Shown in pieces: positions 32,764-44,908 of a DNA stretch of 45,626 nucleotides. Source of the DNA: Emiliania huxleyi CCMP1516 (lineage: Eukaryota); assembly GCF_000372725.1 (NCBI RefSeq), contig NW_005202428.1, forward strand, positions 2,717,791 through 2,763,416. Reading direction: 5' to 3'. Within the stretch, counting starts at the first letter, position 1; every line of letters starts with the position of its first letter. Under the pieces are notes generated by a model that saw nothing but the letters and a program-made list of their open reading frames with translations, ran no database searches and had not been told where the DNA came from. The translations under genes were made by a program, and so were the position numbers.

Positions 32764-35700
32764 TCACCGACCGACCGCTGAAGCGCCTGACGCTGATTGG
32801 CCGTCTCCTCCCGTCGGGAGGTCCGCCGACACACCCTCGACGCCGTTAAAGCGAGAAAAGGCAAAATGGGTGGCGTGGGCCCACCCGACCTCATAGTTGG
32901 CCGCAATCCCTTCGATGGCGCCCTCTGCCTGCGCGGTGGTGGCGATGCGGCCGTGTGCGGGATACGCATCCACCGCACCTTCGCGCATGCCCGGCGTGGA
33001 GTAGGACTGGCCAATCAGCCCGTGTGGCAAGCTGCGCGCTGGCGCGTCGCCCCGGGCGATGAAGGAGAGGTCGAGACGGTGCGCGGGTCCTCGGATTCGG
33101 TCGAACACGTGGTTTCCGCGCGCCTTGACAGTCCACCCCGGGATGCTGAACGTCACGTGCGAGTACGCGACTCGGATCGTGAGCTCTTCGCAAATCTTCA
33201 AGCCCATCAGGCCAAACGCGTACTGGCTGTGGCCGCCAGCCCCCCCGCAGGTCCCGTTGACTAACTTCCAGCCGGTGTTGAACTCGTTGAACTCGGCGGC
33301 CCAGCACGAGGCGTTGGCCCACTTGCGCTTGGCCCCGCCGACTCGCGCAACGACGTGAACCTCGGTGATGAAGGAGCCGTCGACCGTCAGCTTGCCACCG
33401 TGAAGTCGGAACGTGGCATCTTCCGTCTTGACGTTGACGGAAAAGCCTGGCGCCGAGAAGAAGTTGTAGTACGCGCCGTCCCGCCCGCGAAAGTCAGCGG
33501 TCCCGCCGTGAGCAAAGTGGAGGTGCGGGTCCTTCTCGGAGCCGGCGACGGGAGGCAGGGACGGGGAGGGCGGTGGAGCTAGTATGGCGATCGCGGCGCC
33601 AGCGTTTGTGCTGGCCGTCAGCGGCGTCGCGAGCGTGATGGGCAGACCGTCCGCTAAGCGACGCTGGCGAGACGGCAAGCCGAGACGCTCGACTTCGTAC
33701 GGGTCGGTGTGGCCGGGCATCGCAATCATGCTTCCCGCGCCCAAGCCGGGCGTGTAGCAGTCGACGTAGATGACCAGGGTCCCCTCGACAGCGTCGCGCA
33801 CAAGGCGCATGGCCGCTTCGTCCGAGCAGGTTGACGTTGGGGTTGAGGGCGGGGGTGAGATCGGTGGTGGCGCAGCGCCGCAGCGCTCGGCGACGGCTGC
33901 GTCCTGACATGGCTCGAGGAGGCGGCGGCCGTGCTGCAATCGGGCGAGGGTGGACGATCCGACGCCCCCACCCTCACTTGAAGGGGGCGCCGGAAGCCGA
34001 AAAAGCGGTTCCCCGGCACGGTACTCGCGCGCGGCCTCCTCCAGAGAGCGGCTTGCGTCGCTAGGGCACGATATTACGCATGCGGCGTCGGGCTCGGACC
34101 ACTCGGTGCCCTCTGCGCACTGCACTCCCGCCGCCGTGGAGTTGGAGCAGCAGCCGTCGCAGTCACAGCCCATGTGACGGAGCAGCGAACACTCGAGCAC
34201 CGCGAAAGTCTGACACGTTGTGCTCTTGCACTCGTTACCGCAGGAGCCAGGCGGCGGTGGCGATGGCGGGGGTGGGGCTGATGGGGGCTCCGGTGGTGGC
34301 GCCGCGGGCGAGGGAGGCGGCGGTGGCGACGGCGACGGCGGCGCGGGAGCAGTCACGTCAAGGTTGGCGCAGCGGCCGGAGCTGAGACGCGGACAGCACG
34401 CCGAGGCGTACGACTTGCGTTGGGCTTTTGTATTCTTTGGACTTACGACAAAGTGGAAGAAGCACTCGTTGGGGAGCATGGTGCCCCTGCTTGTGTAGGC
34501 TTCGCGCCAGTTGCAGCAGCCGGCTTGCTTCTCTGCCCTCGAGAAGGCGTCGCACGCCGCTTGGCAGCTGGCGGTGGTGCCGTCGAAGGAGGTGTGGGCC
34601 GTCAGGTTGGCGAAGCTGTCCCCCTTGCATATCCTGTCCTCCGTGAGGTCCTCGCAAGGGCCAACAGGTGGCGGGGGCGGTGATTTGGGCGAATCCGGCG
34701 GCGGAGCAGGCGCCGAGGGTGGCTCCTCATCGAAGAGGACGCTCATCGGGATCAGATCCGCCGGCTGGAAGTTGACCACGTTTGGCATGACATCGCGCAT
34801 CTCCTCCTCGTCCACGCCAAACCACTGGGCGATGCCGTACCACATGCCCTCCCATGAAGTGGTTGGCATGAAGCGGCCTCGCCCCACGTTCACCTCGGAG
34901 AGCGGCTCGTCGAGCACCGACGGGTAGCGGCCGAGCACCTGCCCGCCGGTGACCAGCCCGCCGGTCACAAAGTGGTTGCCCGCCCAGGCATGGTCGGTGC
35001 CTCGCCCGTTGTCCGTCATTGTCCTCCCAAAGTCACTCGCGGTCACGATGATGACATTATTCCAGAGGCCGAGCGTCTTGATCTCGGCAATCAGGGAGGT
35101 GAGCGCCGTGTTGACGTTCAGTAGGTGCTCGTCGGTGATTTCGCCCGAATTGTGCGCGTCAAAGGACCCCTCCTCAATGTAGAAGGCCGCGCGCTCTTTG
35201 GCGAACTCGGGGTGTTCCACCATCGAGCGGAGCACACGCGCCACCTGCTCGGCCTGGCCGCTGAGCTTGTCGTCCGCAAAGCTGTTCTCCAGGACCACGG
35301 AGCCGATCTGCTCGGAGAGAGAGGCCGCTGTTTCGAAGGCTCCACGCAGGGCCACCGTGACCGTCTCGCCGACGATCGACGACGTGTGGTTAGCGGTGAG
35401 CGCATGTAGGTGAGGGGTGTAATAGTCGTCGTCTGTCATCATCTCGACGCCTTGCGGGTCGCCGCCCGCGAGAATGTACGGCTTTGTCTCGACGGTCTCG
35501 AGCATGAGCGCCTGTCCCGAGATGGAGTAGGCCTGGACGTCAAAGGGGTCCTCGCGCCGCTTTCGCAGCGCCTCGATCATCCTGCCGAGGGTGCCGGTGT
35601 GGTCCCCAGAGAGCAAGGCATCCAACGTAAAGGCTATAGCCGTCTGGTCGTTGTGCGAGAAGAGCGACTTGGGCCTTTTCTTGGCCTTTGACTTATGCTC

Positions 35701-37620
35701 GGCCAGCGTCATCGGCTCGTAAAGCGAGCCCACATTGGCAATCAAGGCCAGATCGCCGTCGTGATAGAGCTCCTGGGCGATGAGAAGGTTTGGATGCAGG
35801 CCAAACTTGGTGCACGGCTGCGTGCCCTCTGGCACGTCGATCTGCAAAAGCTTGTTCTTCTGGATGCCAACGATGCGACGCATGGACAAATACTCGGCGT
35901 ACAGGTCCGAGTGGGTCGGGTGCGCCTCACAGCCCGAGTGGGGCACGAGCACGTTGTACGAATCGCAACCTCCATTCATGTAGAGCATAATGATGGCCTT
36001 GAGAGGCCGCCGCTGCGTCCCCGAGGACGACGACGACGACGACGACTGCCTCGGGCCGAGGGAGCGCTGCAGGTTTGTGGCGTGGAACTCCGGCGTGAAC
36101 GGGAAGAGCTCAATCGCGTGACGGAGGGCCGCGTTCGCGTCCACTCTCGCGAGCCGCAGGGCGTAGGCCTGAACGATGTACTCGCGCGCGGCGGGGCTCA
36201 GGCGCCCCTCCGTCAGAACCAAGTCGAGCTCACCGATGGTCGCCTCAGCGTCCAACGGGTTCGATGGAGCGAAGGCTAGCGCGGCGTCAGCCGTCTCGAT
36301 GGAACTTTCCGTGCTCGCGCACATGTGGTCGTTCTGGTTGCCAAAGCCTTTGTGGCAGGAGGTGAGGCCGTAGCGTGCGAGCGAGAGCATCCCATTCACC
36401 CAGGACACGAGGTAGGGCGACGTCATGATCTGAGCCTCGGGGGCGACGAGGCCCGCCTCCTGCGCTCTTCCAGTCGCGAAGAAGGGCGTGTAGTAGTTGA
36501 AGACCGAAGGCGACTTGTGTGGCGCCTGCCCAATGCGCTGGTCCATCTCGTTGAGCAGCACCTGCCGGTCGGGCTGATCCAACGCAATCTCGAGCGAGCG
36601 CAGCGTGGCAACCACCTTGAGCAGCGGCTCGCGCAGCTTCCCAAAGCTCGGGTCTGCGTCGAGCACCGCCGAGCGCGCCTCACGGTCCAGCAAAATTGAC
36701 GATACGGCAGCGGCCAAGTCACCGTTCCCCCCACTGTGCACCTCGTCGCCGTACTCGCCGTTGACGAACGCCTCCGAACAGACCCCCGTGTAGCGCGGTG
36801 AAGGGTTGGAGGTGGTGAGGCGCTGGATGAGCCGGTAGCAGACAAATGGTGCAGTTGAGGAGTGGTAGCTCAAATGGTCTAGGAGCGCGACCGTCTCGTA
36901 GGCGACATCCCGCCGCGAGACGCCCTTCGTCCTGGTGTCAGAGCTCGGCTGCCAGCTCTGAAAGACGGGCGCGTTTCGGAAGCTGTACTCGCCGCTGGTC
37001 CCGACAAGCACGCGCGAGACGAGGTTAGCGAAGTAGATCACGCGGCTCTTGTTGGCCGCGATTGCCCAGACCGACGCCTCGTCGAGGCTGGCCAGGCTGC
37101 CGCCGCCACCCTGAAGATACAGCGTGACGCCGGGGCTCGAGGTGCACTCGGCGGCGGTGCACTCGCTGAAGGTGCCTCCCAGCTGCGAGGGGGCGAGCGA
37201 GCCTATCCGCAGCCGCTCGAGCGCCTCCTCTTTGGTCGGCATGCTCGATCCGGCTGCGAAGGCAGCACCCTCCTCGACCGACGTGCTGCACACGCAGCTG
37301 GTGTCGTGCACCTCGCAGCCGGCGACGGCGCAGCTGGAGTCTGCCGCGCTTGGGAAGCGGCCGCCAGCCCACCGCACCCGGAAGCGTTCGGTCGAGTCGA
37401 GACGGAACAGCTTATCGTCCGTCGGCGAGTGCACGAACGCAGCCTCGCCAGTCGGGTAGATTTGCATCGTGATCACGCACTCTTCCACGAGAGGCACGGC
37501 TGGCGGCGGCGGTGCGACAGGGCTCGACGGCCCGCCATCCGCCGGCGGGGGTTTCGGGCTCGGAGGCGGCGGCAAGCCCGGCGGGTTCGGCTGGGGACTC
37601 GGCGGAGGCGTGTGGGTCGC
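32764..37620 (-). CDS. DUF1800-DUF1501 fusion with Pro-rich linkers, Cys-rich modules and a C-terminal VWD-like domain; 5' end missing or unresolved
   Basis: HSSTAPFVCYRLIQRLTTSNPSPRY, GKLREPLLK, PSVFNYY (DUF1800); YMNGGCDSYNVLVP, LFSHNDQ, FDAH, SDFGRT..NGRGTDHAW (DUF1501); DPHLHFAHGGTADFRG. Intronless; no ATG before about 37467. Confidence 0.85.
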   Translation of the reverse strand, partial: ATHTPPPSPQPNPPGLPPPPSPKPPPADGGPSSPVAPPPPAVPLVEECVITMQIYPTGEAAFVHSPTDDKLFRLDSTERFRVRWAGGRFPSAADSSCAVAGCEVHDTSCVCSTSVEEGAAFAAGSSMPTKEEALERLRIGSLAPSQLGGTFSECTAAECTSSPGVTLYLQGGGGSLASLDEASVWAIAANKSRVIYFANLVSRVLVGTSGEYSFRNAPVFQSWQPSSDTRTKGVSRRDVAYETVALLDHLSYHSSTAPFVCYRLIQRLTTSNPSPRYTGVCSEAFVNGEYGDEVHSGGNGDLAAAVSSILLDREARSAVLDADPSFGKLREPLLKVVATLRSLEIALDQPDRQVLLNEMDQRIGQAPHKSPSVFNYYTPFFATGRAQEAGLVAPEAQIMTSPYLVSWVNGMLSLARYGLTSCHKGFGNQNDHMCASTESSIETADAALAFAPSNPLDAEATIGELDLVLTEGRLSPAAREYIVQAYALRLARVDANAALRHAIELFPFTPEFHATNLQRSLGPRQSSSSSSSSGTQRRPLKAIIMLYMNGGCDSYNVLVPHSGCEAHPTHSDLYAEYLSMRRIVGIQKNKLLQIDVPEGTQPCTKFGLHPNLLIAQELYHDGDLALIANVGSLYEPMTLAEHKSKAKKRPKSLFSHNDQTAIAFTLDALLSGDHTGTLGRMIEALRKRREDPFDVQAYSISGQALMLETVETKPYILAGGDPQGVEMMTDDDYYTPHLHALTANHTSSIVGETVTVALRGAFETAASLSEQIGSVVLENSFADDKLSGQAEQVARVLRSMVEHPEFAKERAAFYIEEGSFDAHNSGEITDEHLLNVNTALTSLIAEIKTLGLWNNVIIVTASDFGRTMTDNGRGTDHAWAGNHFVTGGLVTGGQVLGRYPSVLDEPLSEVNVGRGRFMPTTSWEGMWYGIAQWFGVDEEEMRDVMPNVVNFQPADLIPMSVLFDEEPPSAPAPPPDSPKSPPPPPVGPCEDLTEDRICKGDSFANLTAHTSFDGTTASCQAACDAFSRAEKQAGCCNWREAYTSRGTMLPNECFFHFVVSPKNTKAQRKSYASACCPRLSSGRCANLDVTAPAPPSPSPPPPPSPAAPPPEPPSAPPPPSPPPPGSCGNECKSTTCQTFAVLECSLLRHMGCDCDGCCSNSTAAGVQCAEGTEWSEPDAACVISCPSDASRSLEEAAREYRAGEPLFRLPAPPSSEGGGVGSSTLARLQHGRRLLEPCQDAAVAERCGAAPPPISPPPSTPTSTCSDEAAMRLVRDAVEGTLVIYVDCYTPGLGAGSMIAMPGHTDPYEVERLGLPSRQRRLADGLPITLATPLTASTNAGAAIAILAPPPSPSLPPVAGSEKDPHLHFAHGGTADFRGRDGAYYNFFSAPGFSVNVKTEDATFRLHGGKLTVDGSFITEVHVVARVGGAKRKWANASCWAAEFNEFNTGWKLVNGTCGGAGGHSQYAFGLMGLKICEELTIRVAYSHVTFSIPGWTVKARGNHVFDRIRGPAHRLDLSFIARGDAPARSLPHGLIGQSYSTPGMREGAVDAYPAHGRIATTAQAEGAIEGIAANYEVGWAHATHFAFSRFNGVEGVSADLPTGGDGQSASGASAVGR

Positions 37621-38018
37621 TTGACTCCGCGCCAGCAGCCGCGGCAGCGTACGCTGCCGGTCAAGTCGTCTCGTGCAACTCGGATCAAGAGGTCGTGCGT
37701 CCCCCGCAACTTGCGCACGCCTTTGTGTGTGTGTGTTGCAGGTTTTGGCCAAAGTCGATTTCGTGAATAAGTTGTAGGTATATAGTGGATCATAACGCAA
37801 AATGACTCAAACCCTTTTCTCTCCTCATCGCAAACCCTGTCAGCAGAGTCCTCCTACGGGAGTGTAAGAGCCCCCTAAAACGAAAATGAGCCCCTCGCAA
37901 GAAGCGAAAAAGAATTCGATGACCCTGGAGCCCCCCACCCTTCACAAAGCCGTTGGCTCTCACGCCGTGCTGACGCCCCACGACCAAGCCGACCACTTCA
38001 AGCCAAAATCGTTCAGCG

Positions 38019-38747
38019 ATGTCGCGGCCCAGCAGCCGGGGTGCCAGCAGCGAGCCCGGCAGCCAGCCCTCCACGCCTCGAAATCTGCCTTCGCCCAAAG
38101 ACTACACCGCTGCGGCGTCCGAGGCGAGCGAGTTTGTTGAGACGTGCAAGAGGTCGGTCCAATCGCTCAAGGCAGCTCAAGAGGCGCACGCTCGCGCGGT
38201 CGGGCTCGTTGCATCGCTCTGCGTGCGTGGCGCCTCCCTGGCCAGCGGCGAGGTCCCGGCGGGCGACTGGCCGGTGTCGCAGCCGAGCTTTGAGGCGCAG
38301 CAGCCGGCCCTCGAGACCGCGCAGGAGCTGCAGCGAGCGGCGGCGCTGCTCATCGAGTGGCAGTCGCGGGCGGCCGAGGCCGAGGCGCCACTCGACGCCC
38401 TGGTCGCGACTCTAAACACCTTCCTCGCCTCCGGCGTCGCGGCCTGCTCGGCCCGAGCGGCGACCTACGAGGCGGCGCACAGGGAGCACGCGCAGTCGCT
38501 AACCAAGCTGCAGGGCAAGGCCGACAAGCGCAAGCTGCCCGCGCTGCAGCAGATCGAGGTCGAGGCGAAGGCCAAGGCGAGCCACGCGGCGTCCGGTGCC
38601 GGCGAGGCCCTCGCGCTGCTGCGGCGCGACATGCAGACGGCGGTACTCAACACGGCCCGCTCCATCGGCGGCTCGCAGCTGACGCTGCACGCCCGCGGGC
38701 TCGAGCAGCACTCCCGCGCGCTGCAGGCGCTGCCCGGCTCCAAGTAG
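38019..38747 (+). CDS. Hypothetical helical/coiled-coil protein (possibly BAR-like)
   Basis: 242-aa ORF with GC3-rich codons and long Ala/Glu/Gln amphipathic helices. The BAR assignment is inference only. Confidence 0.6.
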   Translation: MSRPSSRGASSEPGSQPSTPRNLPSPKDYTAAASEASEFVETCKRSVQSLKAAQEAHARAVGLVASLCVRGASLASGEVPAGDWPVSQPSFEAQQPALETAQELQRAAALLIEWQSRAAEAEAPLDALVATLNTFLASGVAACSARAATYEAAHREHAQSLTKLQGKADKRKLPALQQIEVEAKAKASHAASGAGEALALLRRDMQTAVLNTARSIGGSQLTLHARGLEQHSRALQALPGSK

Positions 38748-39674
38748 AGGGTGGGGTTTGTATTTGGGAGACGGCACACATTTGTGAGCTGTGTGAGCTC
38801 GTGCGGAGGGTCTGGTTACCGAGAGCTCCGAGGCGGGGTGCGGCCAGGGTGCCGAACCTGCGTCGGACCTGGTAAAGCACCTGTAAAACCGAACCACCCG
38901 CCGCTCGCCCATGCCGACTTCCGCCCTCCTGCCGCCCTCCCCCCTTCCTGCCCCTCCGCCTTCTCGCCATCCCCCAAGCCCATCTGTGCATTCCACTCCG
39001 TTCGCTCCCTCCCGCTTGGCGCCCATCCCGCCCTCCGCCCTCGCCCCCCGCCCCTGCCCTGGCTGGCCTGGGTGGCATCTCCCCATTATCACGCGCCAAG
39101 TGGGAGGGAGGTGGACGGGGCCCTGAGCCGACCTAGCCCTAAACGGAATGGGGCGCCCAACACGTTGCCGGATTACCGTGCCCCTTGCACGCCGGGCACG
39201 GCCTTTCGGTTCGTGAAGGGTCGGTGCGAGTCGTGCTACCAGTCCTCGGCCTTGGTGAGCAGTCACATCCGTGCTCCCCGCCATCTCCATCGCCTGGTCT
39301 GCGAATGCTTATCAGCCACGAAAGGAGAGCGTGGCCGAGGACGCATAGACTCGATCGAAAGATCCCAGAAAGGCACCTCCGCCTCTGGACAGGGTGGCCC
39401 GCCACAAGGACCCCAGGAATTGCGACTCGCCGCTTTCCTCCCGCTGTGATTCTGTGTGAGCTCTGTGTCTTGTTTGCCAACAATACACCTACCCTGTTGT
39501 AAAATGGGCAAGCAAAGTGTGAACAGCGCTGGCTTCTGACTGTCGTTGCTGTCTCTCCCTTCTCGACTGGTGCTTGTGCGTTTTAGTTGAATATCTTGCT
39601 CTCGCCTGACTGGCTTGTTAGTAGGCAAGGAGAGTTGGAGTATTTTCTTACTTCTACTTCGCGGAGGCTGTCCA

Positions 39675-41515
39675 GATACTGGGATACTTCGCAGCAGGCC
39701 TCGAATACTGGGATACTGTGAAAGATTTCCCTGTGAGATATGGCGCAGTAATGATACTTCAATACTTCGAGTTGGTACCGCAGATACTTCGATACTCGTG
39801 TTGACGCACCCGGTGAGTATCACAGTACTCGATCCACGCCGGCGAAGTATCCCAGTATCACAGAGCTAAATGCCAAGTAATAATACTGCAATACTGGGCG
39901 CTACTTGGTCCTCCAGCCCCGCCGAGTATCCCAGTATCCGCATCAGAGATGGCCAGTATCCAGCAGTATCCCGCAGTATCCTGCAGTATCCTGCAGTATC
40001 CCAGTATCCGGGGTCGGCCCTCGAGCGATGCACTGCGCTGCGGCCGCAGTCGTACGTCCAGCAGCGGGATGCGAGGCAGCAGCTAGGCGGGGAGGGATTG
40101 AGCCAATTGAGCAGCGTGGGCAAGCGAAGACTGCCGTAAAGTGTGTGCCCGCGCCCTGCCGGCGCAATGGTGTAAACGCGTGTGCAAGGGCTGGCGGGGT
40201 GGGGAAGGCGGCAACGGAACGAGGTGGGCGAAGACGGCTGAGGCGCCAGTGCTGGAACTGAGGGAGAGTGTCGTGGCAGTGCACTGGTGCTGGTGCTGTG
40301 TGGAGAGGAAGACCCACATCGGGGAGGCGTCACGGCCAACATTGAGCGCAGCAAGGTGGTCACGTCCTGCGGCGCACGCACAGGAATCATAGTATATCAC
40401 ACAGCAGCTGTGCCGTAAAAGGGTCCCAGAGCTATCTCGGTGGCTAGGGGCGCTGGATTGGCTGGGCGCGTCAGCTCCCACAAGCGCACTGCATGCGATA
40501 TCAACGTTGTGATGCAGCGTCAGCCTTGGCAATTGAAGCTTGGCGCCGGCACGCAGGAGCACCAGCGTCTGCAGCGCTTGAATGGCGTGTGCAAACTTTT
40601 GCATCTCAGGCGGCCGGGCGTCGCGGCGCCCTCTCGCAAGTGCTGTGTGACCCAGGGAGAACGCGTGAAAGTGATAGAACGGTCGAAAAGTGCGAGTCAT
40701 TCATGTCGCCGAAGTTCCTTCGATGTCTCCTCCCGCCAACCCCAACCAGCCCCGCACGACCCCAATCGGCCGCACACCGCCACACAGCAGGCTCTGGTGA
40801 CCGACACAACTCTTTGCTTGGCGCCGGACCGTCTCGAGTGAACCCACCGCTGTGGGCGCCGCCGCTGAGCATCACGGCAAACGGGTGACGGACCTACACA
40901 TAAACTGAATCACCTCGGCCGACCATGCCGCTGCGGCCGACGATGTCGGATGCTCTCGAGCACTCTCCAGCGCCGGGCGCGGTCCTGACACAGCCGGCCG
41001 TGCTTCACCGCCGCTGTTCAGCTCGGCGGCAGAAATGGCAGCGGATACGAGCTCTTTACCGACTACCGAGCGGCAGTCGGAGAACTCGTGAGCTTCCACA
41101 CATCACAACTCCTGCCGATGCATTCTGGAACAATCACATAACGCCTGCCATCACCACTGCCCACTTGCGACATTTGTAGCCCAAGCCGGTCCGAGGTATC
41201 CCAGTCTCCGAGGATCCGGTATCCACATCAGCCAGGGATGCTCTAGGGAGGGGTGCAGCTGCATGGTGACAACTACCAGTGAGGAGGATGGGGATGCAGC
41301 TGGCTGCTGGACCATGGCTTACACACGGGCACACTTCCATGAATTGCCAGTATCCAGCAGTATCCAGCAGTATCCCGCAGTATCCTGCAGTATCCCAGTA
41401 TCCGATGCGCCGGCTCCGAGTATTGCGGTGAAAATACTGCGCGATACTGCCATGGCCACACTACTTCAGTAACACAGTATCTGCATGCCCCAGGCCCAGT
41501 ATTGCAGTATCACCC
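39675..41515. mobile_element. Cluster of DNA-transposon remnants with GATACTG/CAGTATC subterminal repeats
   Basis: Inverted pairs 39675-39692 / 39842-39859 and ATACTGCAATACTGGGC near 39883-39899 / 41493-41510. CAGTATCC arrays at 39925-40008 and 41348-41403. Confidence 0.65.
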
Positions 41516-42890
41516 TCGCGGCAGAGAGGTATTTGCGCCACCGATACTAACTCCGCCGTCACAGGGACACGGATTGAAGATCCCTCACACCAAGATCGTG
41601 CAGGGCGGGGACACACGTCCCTAAATCCCATCTCGTCTCAGAGTTTGACCGTTTTCTTTATTTATTTATTACATCGGCTAAGTCGGCCGGACGGCCTGGG
41701 CCAAGTCCCAAGCGTGAAGCGAGAGGCTCCCACCGTGATCATAGATCAAAACACGCGTACAACGATATACGGCGCAGCCCCCAAATTTTCTTCGCCTGCG
41801 GCGGGCGATCGATCCTCCTCATGCTCTCAGCAATCGCCGCCTCAGCATCCTCCTCTTCCCACTTCCGATTCTCGTTGCTGCTTCTTGAGCGGAATCTTCG
41901 GCGACTTCTAGCCAAAGCCCAAACAGTTCTCACAAATAGCCTCAAGCTCAAACAAACGCATGTCAGAGAAGCCTGTGTATGCTGGTCCTCTTTGAACGAT
42001 CCGCGCGTGAGGTAGCATAGGGCCTTGTTGGCAGCAGCCAGCTTGTTGCGCTGCTTCGTTGCGATGAGCTGATTGGGATCGCAGAAGTGCATGCCAAAGG
42101 CAAAGCACCGCCACAATCTTGAAGCAGAACACATTGCAACCGCATCGTCCGCACTGCCATCGGCATGCCGCGCCCGCCGCTTCGCCGCAGCCGCCTTAAG
42201 GCACGCATAGCGGCAGCACATGGTACGTTGCGCGTACTTGAGCAGAGTTGCGCGCCGCAAGTAGCGCACTGGCCCTGGGAGAAGCGAGAAGGCGATATGG
42301 CGTCGTGCGCGGCATACGTTGGACGCGTCCTCCAGGACCAAGGTATTTTTCGGGTAAACCGGAAGGCTTTTCAGGTATACCCGGTTTTACCCGGAGTTGG
42401 CCTTATGTCGTCTAAGTTCATGGGGCCCCCGACCATACAGCGTCTAAGTCTGAGCCCGGCTCCGTGCGGGGGCTAAGTTGAGCGCTCGCGCTCGCTGTGG
42501 CCTGTGGCCTGTGTGCAGAGCCCGTCTGGCAGAGCCCGTCTGGCAGAGGAGGAGGCTGCGCTGCGCAAGCACGGGCGGGAGGGGCTTCTCCTGCGGAGTC
42601 GTGCGTGCGCAGGGCTCCTCTTTGCTTTCTTCTACTCCCTACTATCATCTCGTTCCCGTCCTACCAGAGAAGAGCCTCTGCCAGAGGCTATAAGTGTGTA
42701 TAGACGCGACCCTCTCTAGCCCTACTACCCAACCATTGCGTACAGTTTGTGGCCCGGGCCATCTCTCTCGGCGCCATGTACCTTTTCCCTTAACACACAG
42801 CACACATGACAACCCGCACACAACGAACGTGACGCGTCCAAGATCCTACTTCCTAGAGCGTGTATGTCCTGCAGCCTTTTCGCCTCGGTC

Positions 42891-44086
42891 TCACATCGCC
42901 AGCAGCCGCTCGAAAAAGTCACCGGGCAGCTCCCCCTTGGAGGACGGCTGGTCCGACGGGAGAGGGTCCGCGGAGGCGGGCGGTGGGCGGGGCGGCGGCT
43001 CCACGAACGAGACCGCCTTGGTGGTGGTTGTCGCTGGCCGCACCCTCCAGGGCGGCACGTCTCCATCCGGGTGAGGCGGCGCCACCCGAGGAGGCGGCGG
43101 CGCGTAGGGCTTGCGCTTGGGCGGCGCGCCGGCGAGCGATGCCGCCTAGCAGCAAGGAGGCCGGGTCGTGGCGTGGGGGCGGGGAAAGCGCGTGCGGCAT
43201 GGGGAGGGCAGGGTAGAGGCAGAGGCAGGGGGAGGGGGGGCACCGTGGCTGCGGCCTCGTCGCGCCGCAGCTCGTCGCGAGGGAGGGGAGGCGGCCAGCC
43301 GAGGTGGGCCTGCAGCTGGTTGGGGTGGCCCTCGAGGGCCGCCGCGAGCGCGTCTCTCCCCGCGGGCGTGTGCTCGTTCTCGTGCACGTACAGGTACTCG
43401 CCTTTCGGCAGCTTGCCGCCCGCCGCAGCGCGGCCGAGAGCGAGGAGCGTAGCGTCTCCGAGACGGTTGTGCTGAAGGGCGAGTCGCGCCAGCCGAGGGC
43501 AGGCGCCACCCTCCACCGCCTCGGCGATCGCCACCCCGCCCTCGTCTCCGATCTCGTTCCCCGACAGGTAGAGCCACTCCAGCTGCGGAGTAGCGCCCGC
43601 CAGCGCCGCCGCAAGCGAGGCGGCGCCGCAGTCCGTGATGCCGTTCTCCTGCAGCGCGAGCCGGCGGAGCGGCACGCCGCCGGTGCGCGCGAGCCCGGCA
43701 AACGCACTCATCGCGCCGTCGCCCGCGCCGTTCTGCATCGCAAAGAGCGACTCGAGTGCCGGCAGCGCCGGGAGCGCCGCAACCACCGCGGCCAGGCCAT
43801 CGGCACAGAGGCTGCACCGATGCAGGTGCAGCTCCGTCAGCTGCGCAGGCCGCAGCGTGCGCATCGCTGAGCTAAGACCCAAGGCGTCGCACGCGTCAAT
43901 GGCCCGGTCGCCCAGGTCAAAGGCAGCGTCGGTGACAAAGGAGTGACGCGCGTCCCACGCGGGCAGCTCGAGGTACTTCAGGTGCTCCGAGGGGCGCGCA
44001 GGCTCGGTGAACTTTGCGAAGAATTCCTCTGCCTGCTCTAAATCCCGTTCGGTGGCCTCCTCGATTGGGGCATCTTCGCTGGGCAT
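42891..44086 (-). CDS. RNI-like leucine-rich repeat protein, 1 intron, Pro-rich tail
   Basis: LRRLALQENGITDCGAASLA, LEWLYLSGNEIGDEGGVAIA, LARLALQHNRLGD; ATG at 44086; GC-AG intron joins the frame ending at 42891. Confidence 0.85.
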
Positions 44087-44125
44087 TGTTCGCGGTGGGT
44101 CTGTTCTTCTTGGGTTTGCGTCCCG

Positions 44126-44349
44126 ACAGATAGGGGGGGGGTGCCCCAGCTTGGGCTTCTTGGCCAATAGGATCCTGCAAGGGGCCCCTATTTTCCGCGT
44201 TTTTTCATTGTTTTGCTTCGCTGCGCGTTCTGGGGATAGATAGAAAACAAACATGTAGGTGAAAGAAAGAAAGGTTGGGCGCGTAGTACCGGCGTACGTA
44301 CCGGCGTGCGGGGCGTTTTGGCGCGAGTCAGTGCCAACAGACCCCTATC
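44126..44349. mobile_element. Short relative of the 7097-7864 element
   Basis: GATAGGGG...CAGACCCCTATC ends; shares CCCCTATTTTCC, GCTTCGCTGCGCG and GGGCGTTTTGG with 7770-7860. Confidence 0.6.
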
Positions 44350-44908
44350 AAGCCTGAACCCTGCTTCCTGCCGCGACGCGCGCTAACAAGAAAAACTTTT
44401 GGTTTTCTTCTTCTCGTACTCGTATAAGCCCCCCCGATACTCGATAGACTCTCCCGGGGGTGTTCGTCTCTCGAGGTTCTCTCTCTCGAGATTGGGGCAT
44501 TGCGAGCTGCGTGTTTTCTTCTTTGTTTCCCTTCGAGCATCGTTATCATTTCACATTTGTCTTTTGCACCGCCGCTCGGGTGAACGGGCGTGTGGGAGCA
44601 CGGGCCTGCGCAACCGCCAACCCCGCCACCGCCAGGGGGAGACGCCTTACGCGAATGTCCGGTGTACGTTTTGTTCTGGGTGTGCACGCGGCTGCCTGCA
44701 TGTGCACATGACTTTCTCGGCACTTGGAGGTTGGAGCACTTGCGCCACGGGTGAAATTCTGAAAAACGTGCAGCACTTCTAGCCGACATCGACAAAAGTC
44801 ACTCTCTAGCCCCGCGGCGAGCGGCCCCGCCGGAGGCGAAGAAAATTTTGCCATCTAGCGCACTCTAACACACATTTTTGCACAAATCGACGCCTCCAAA
44901 ATAAGTCT

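Noticed and set aside
41739..42341. 200-aa minus-strand ORF
   Set aside because: Non-ATG start, no recognisable motif and codon usage unlike neighbouring genes.
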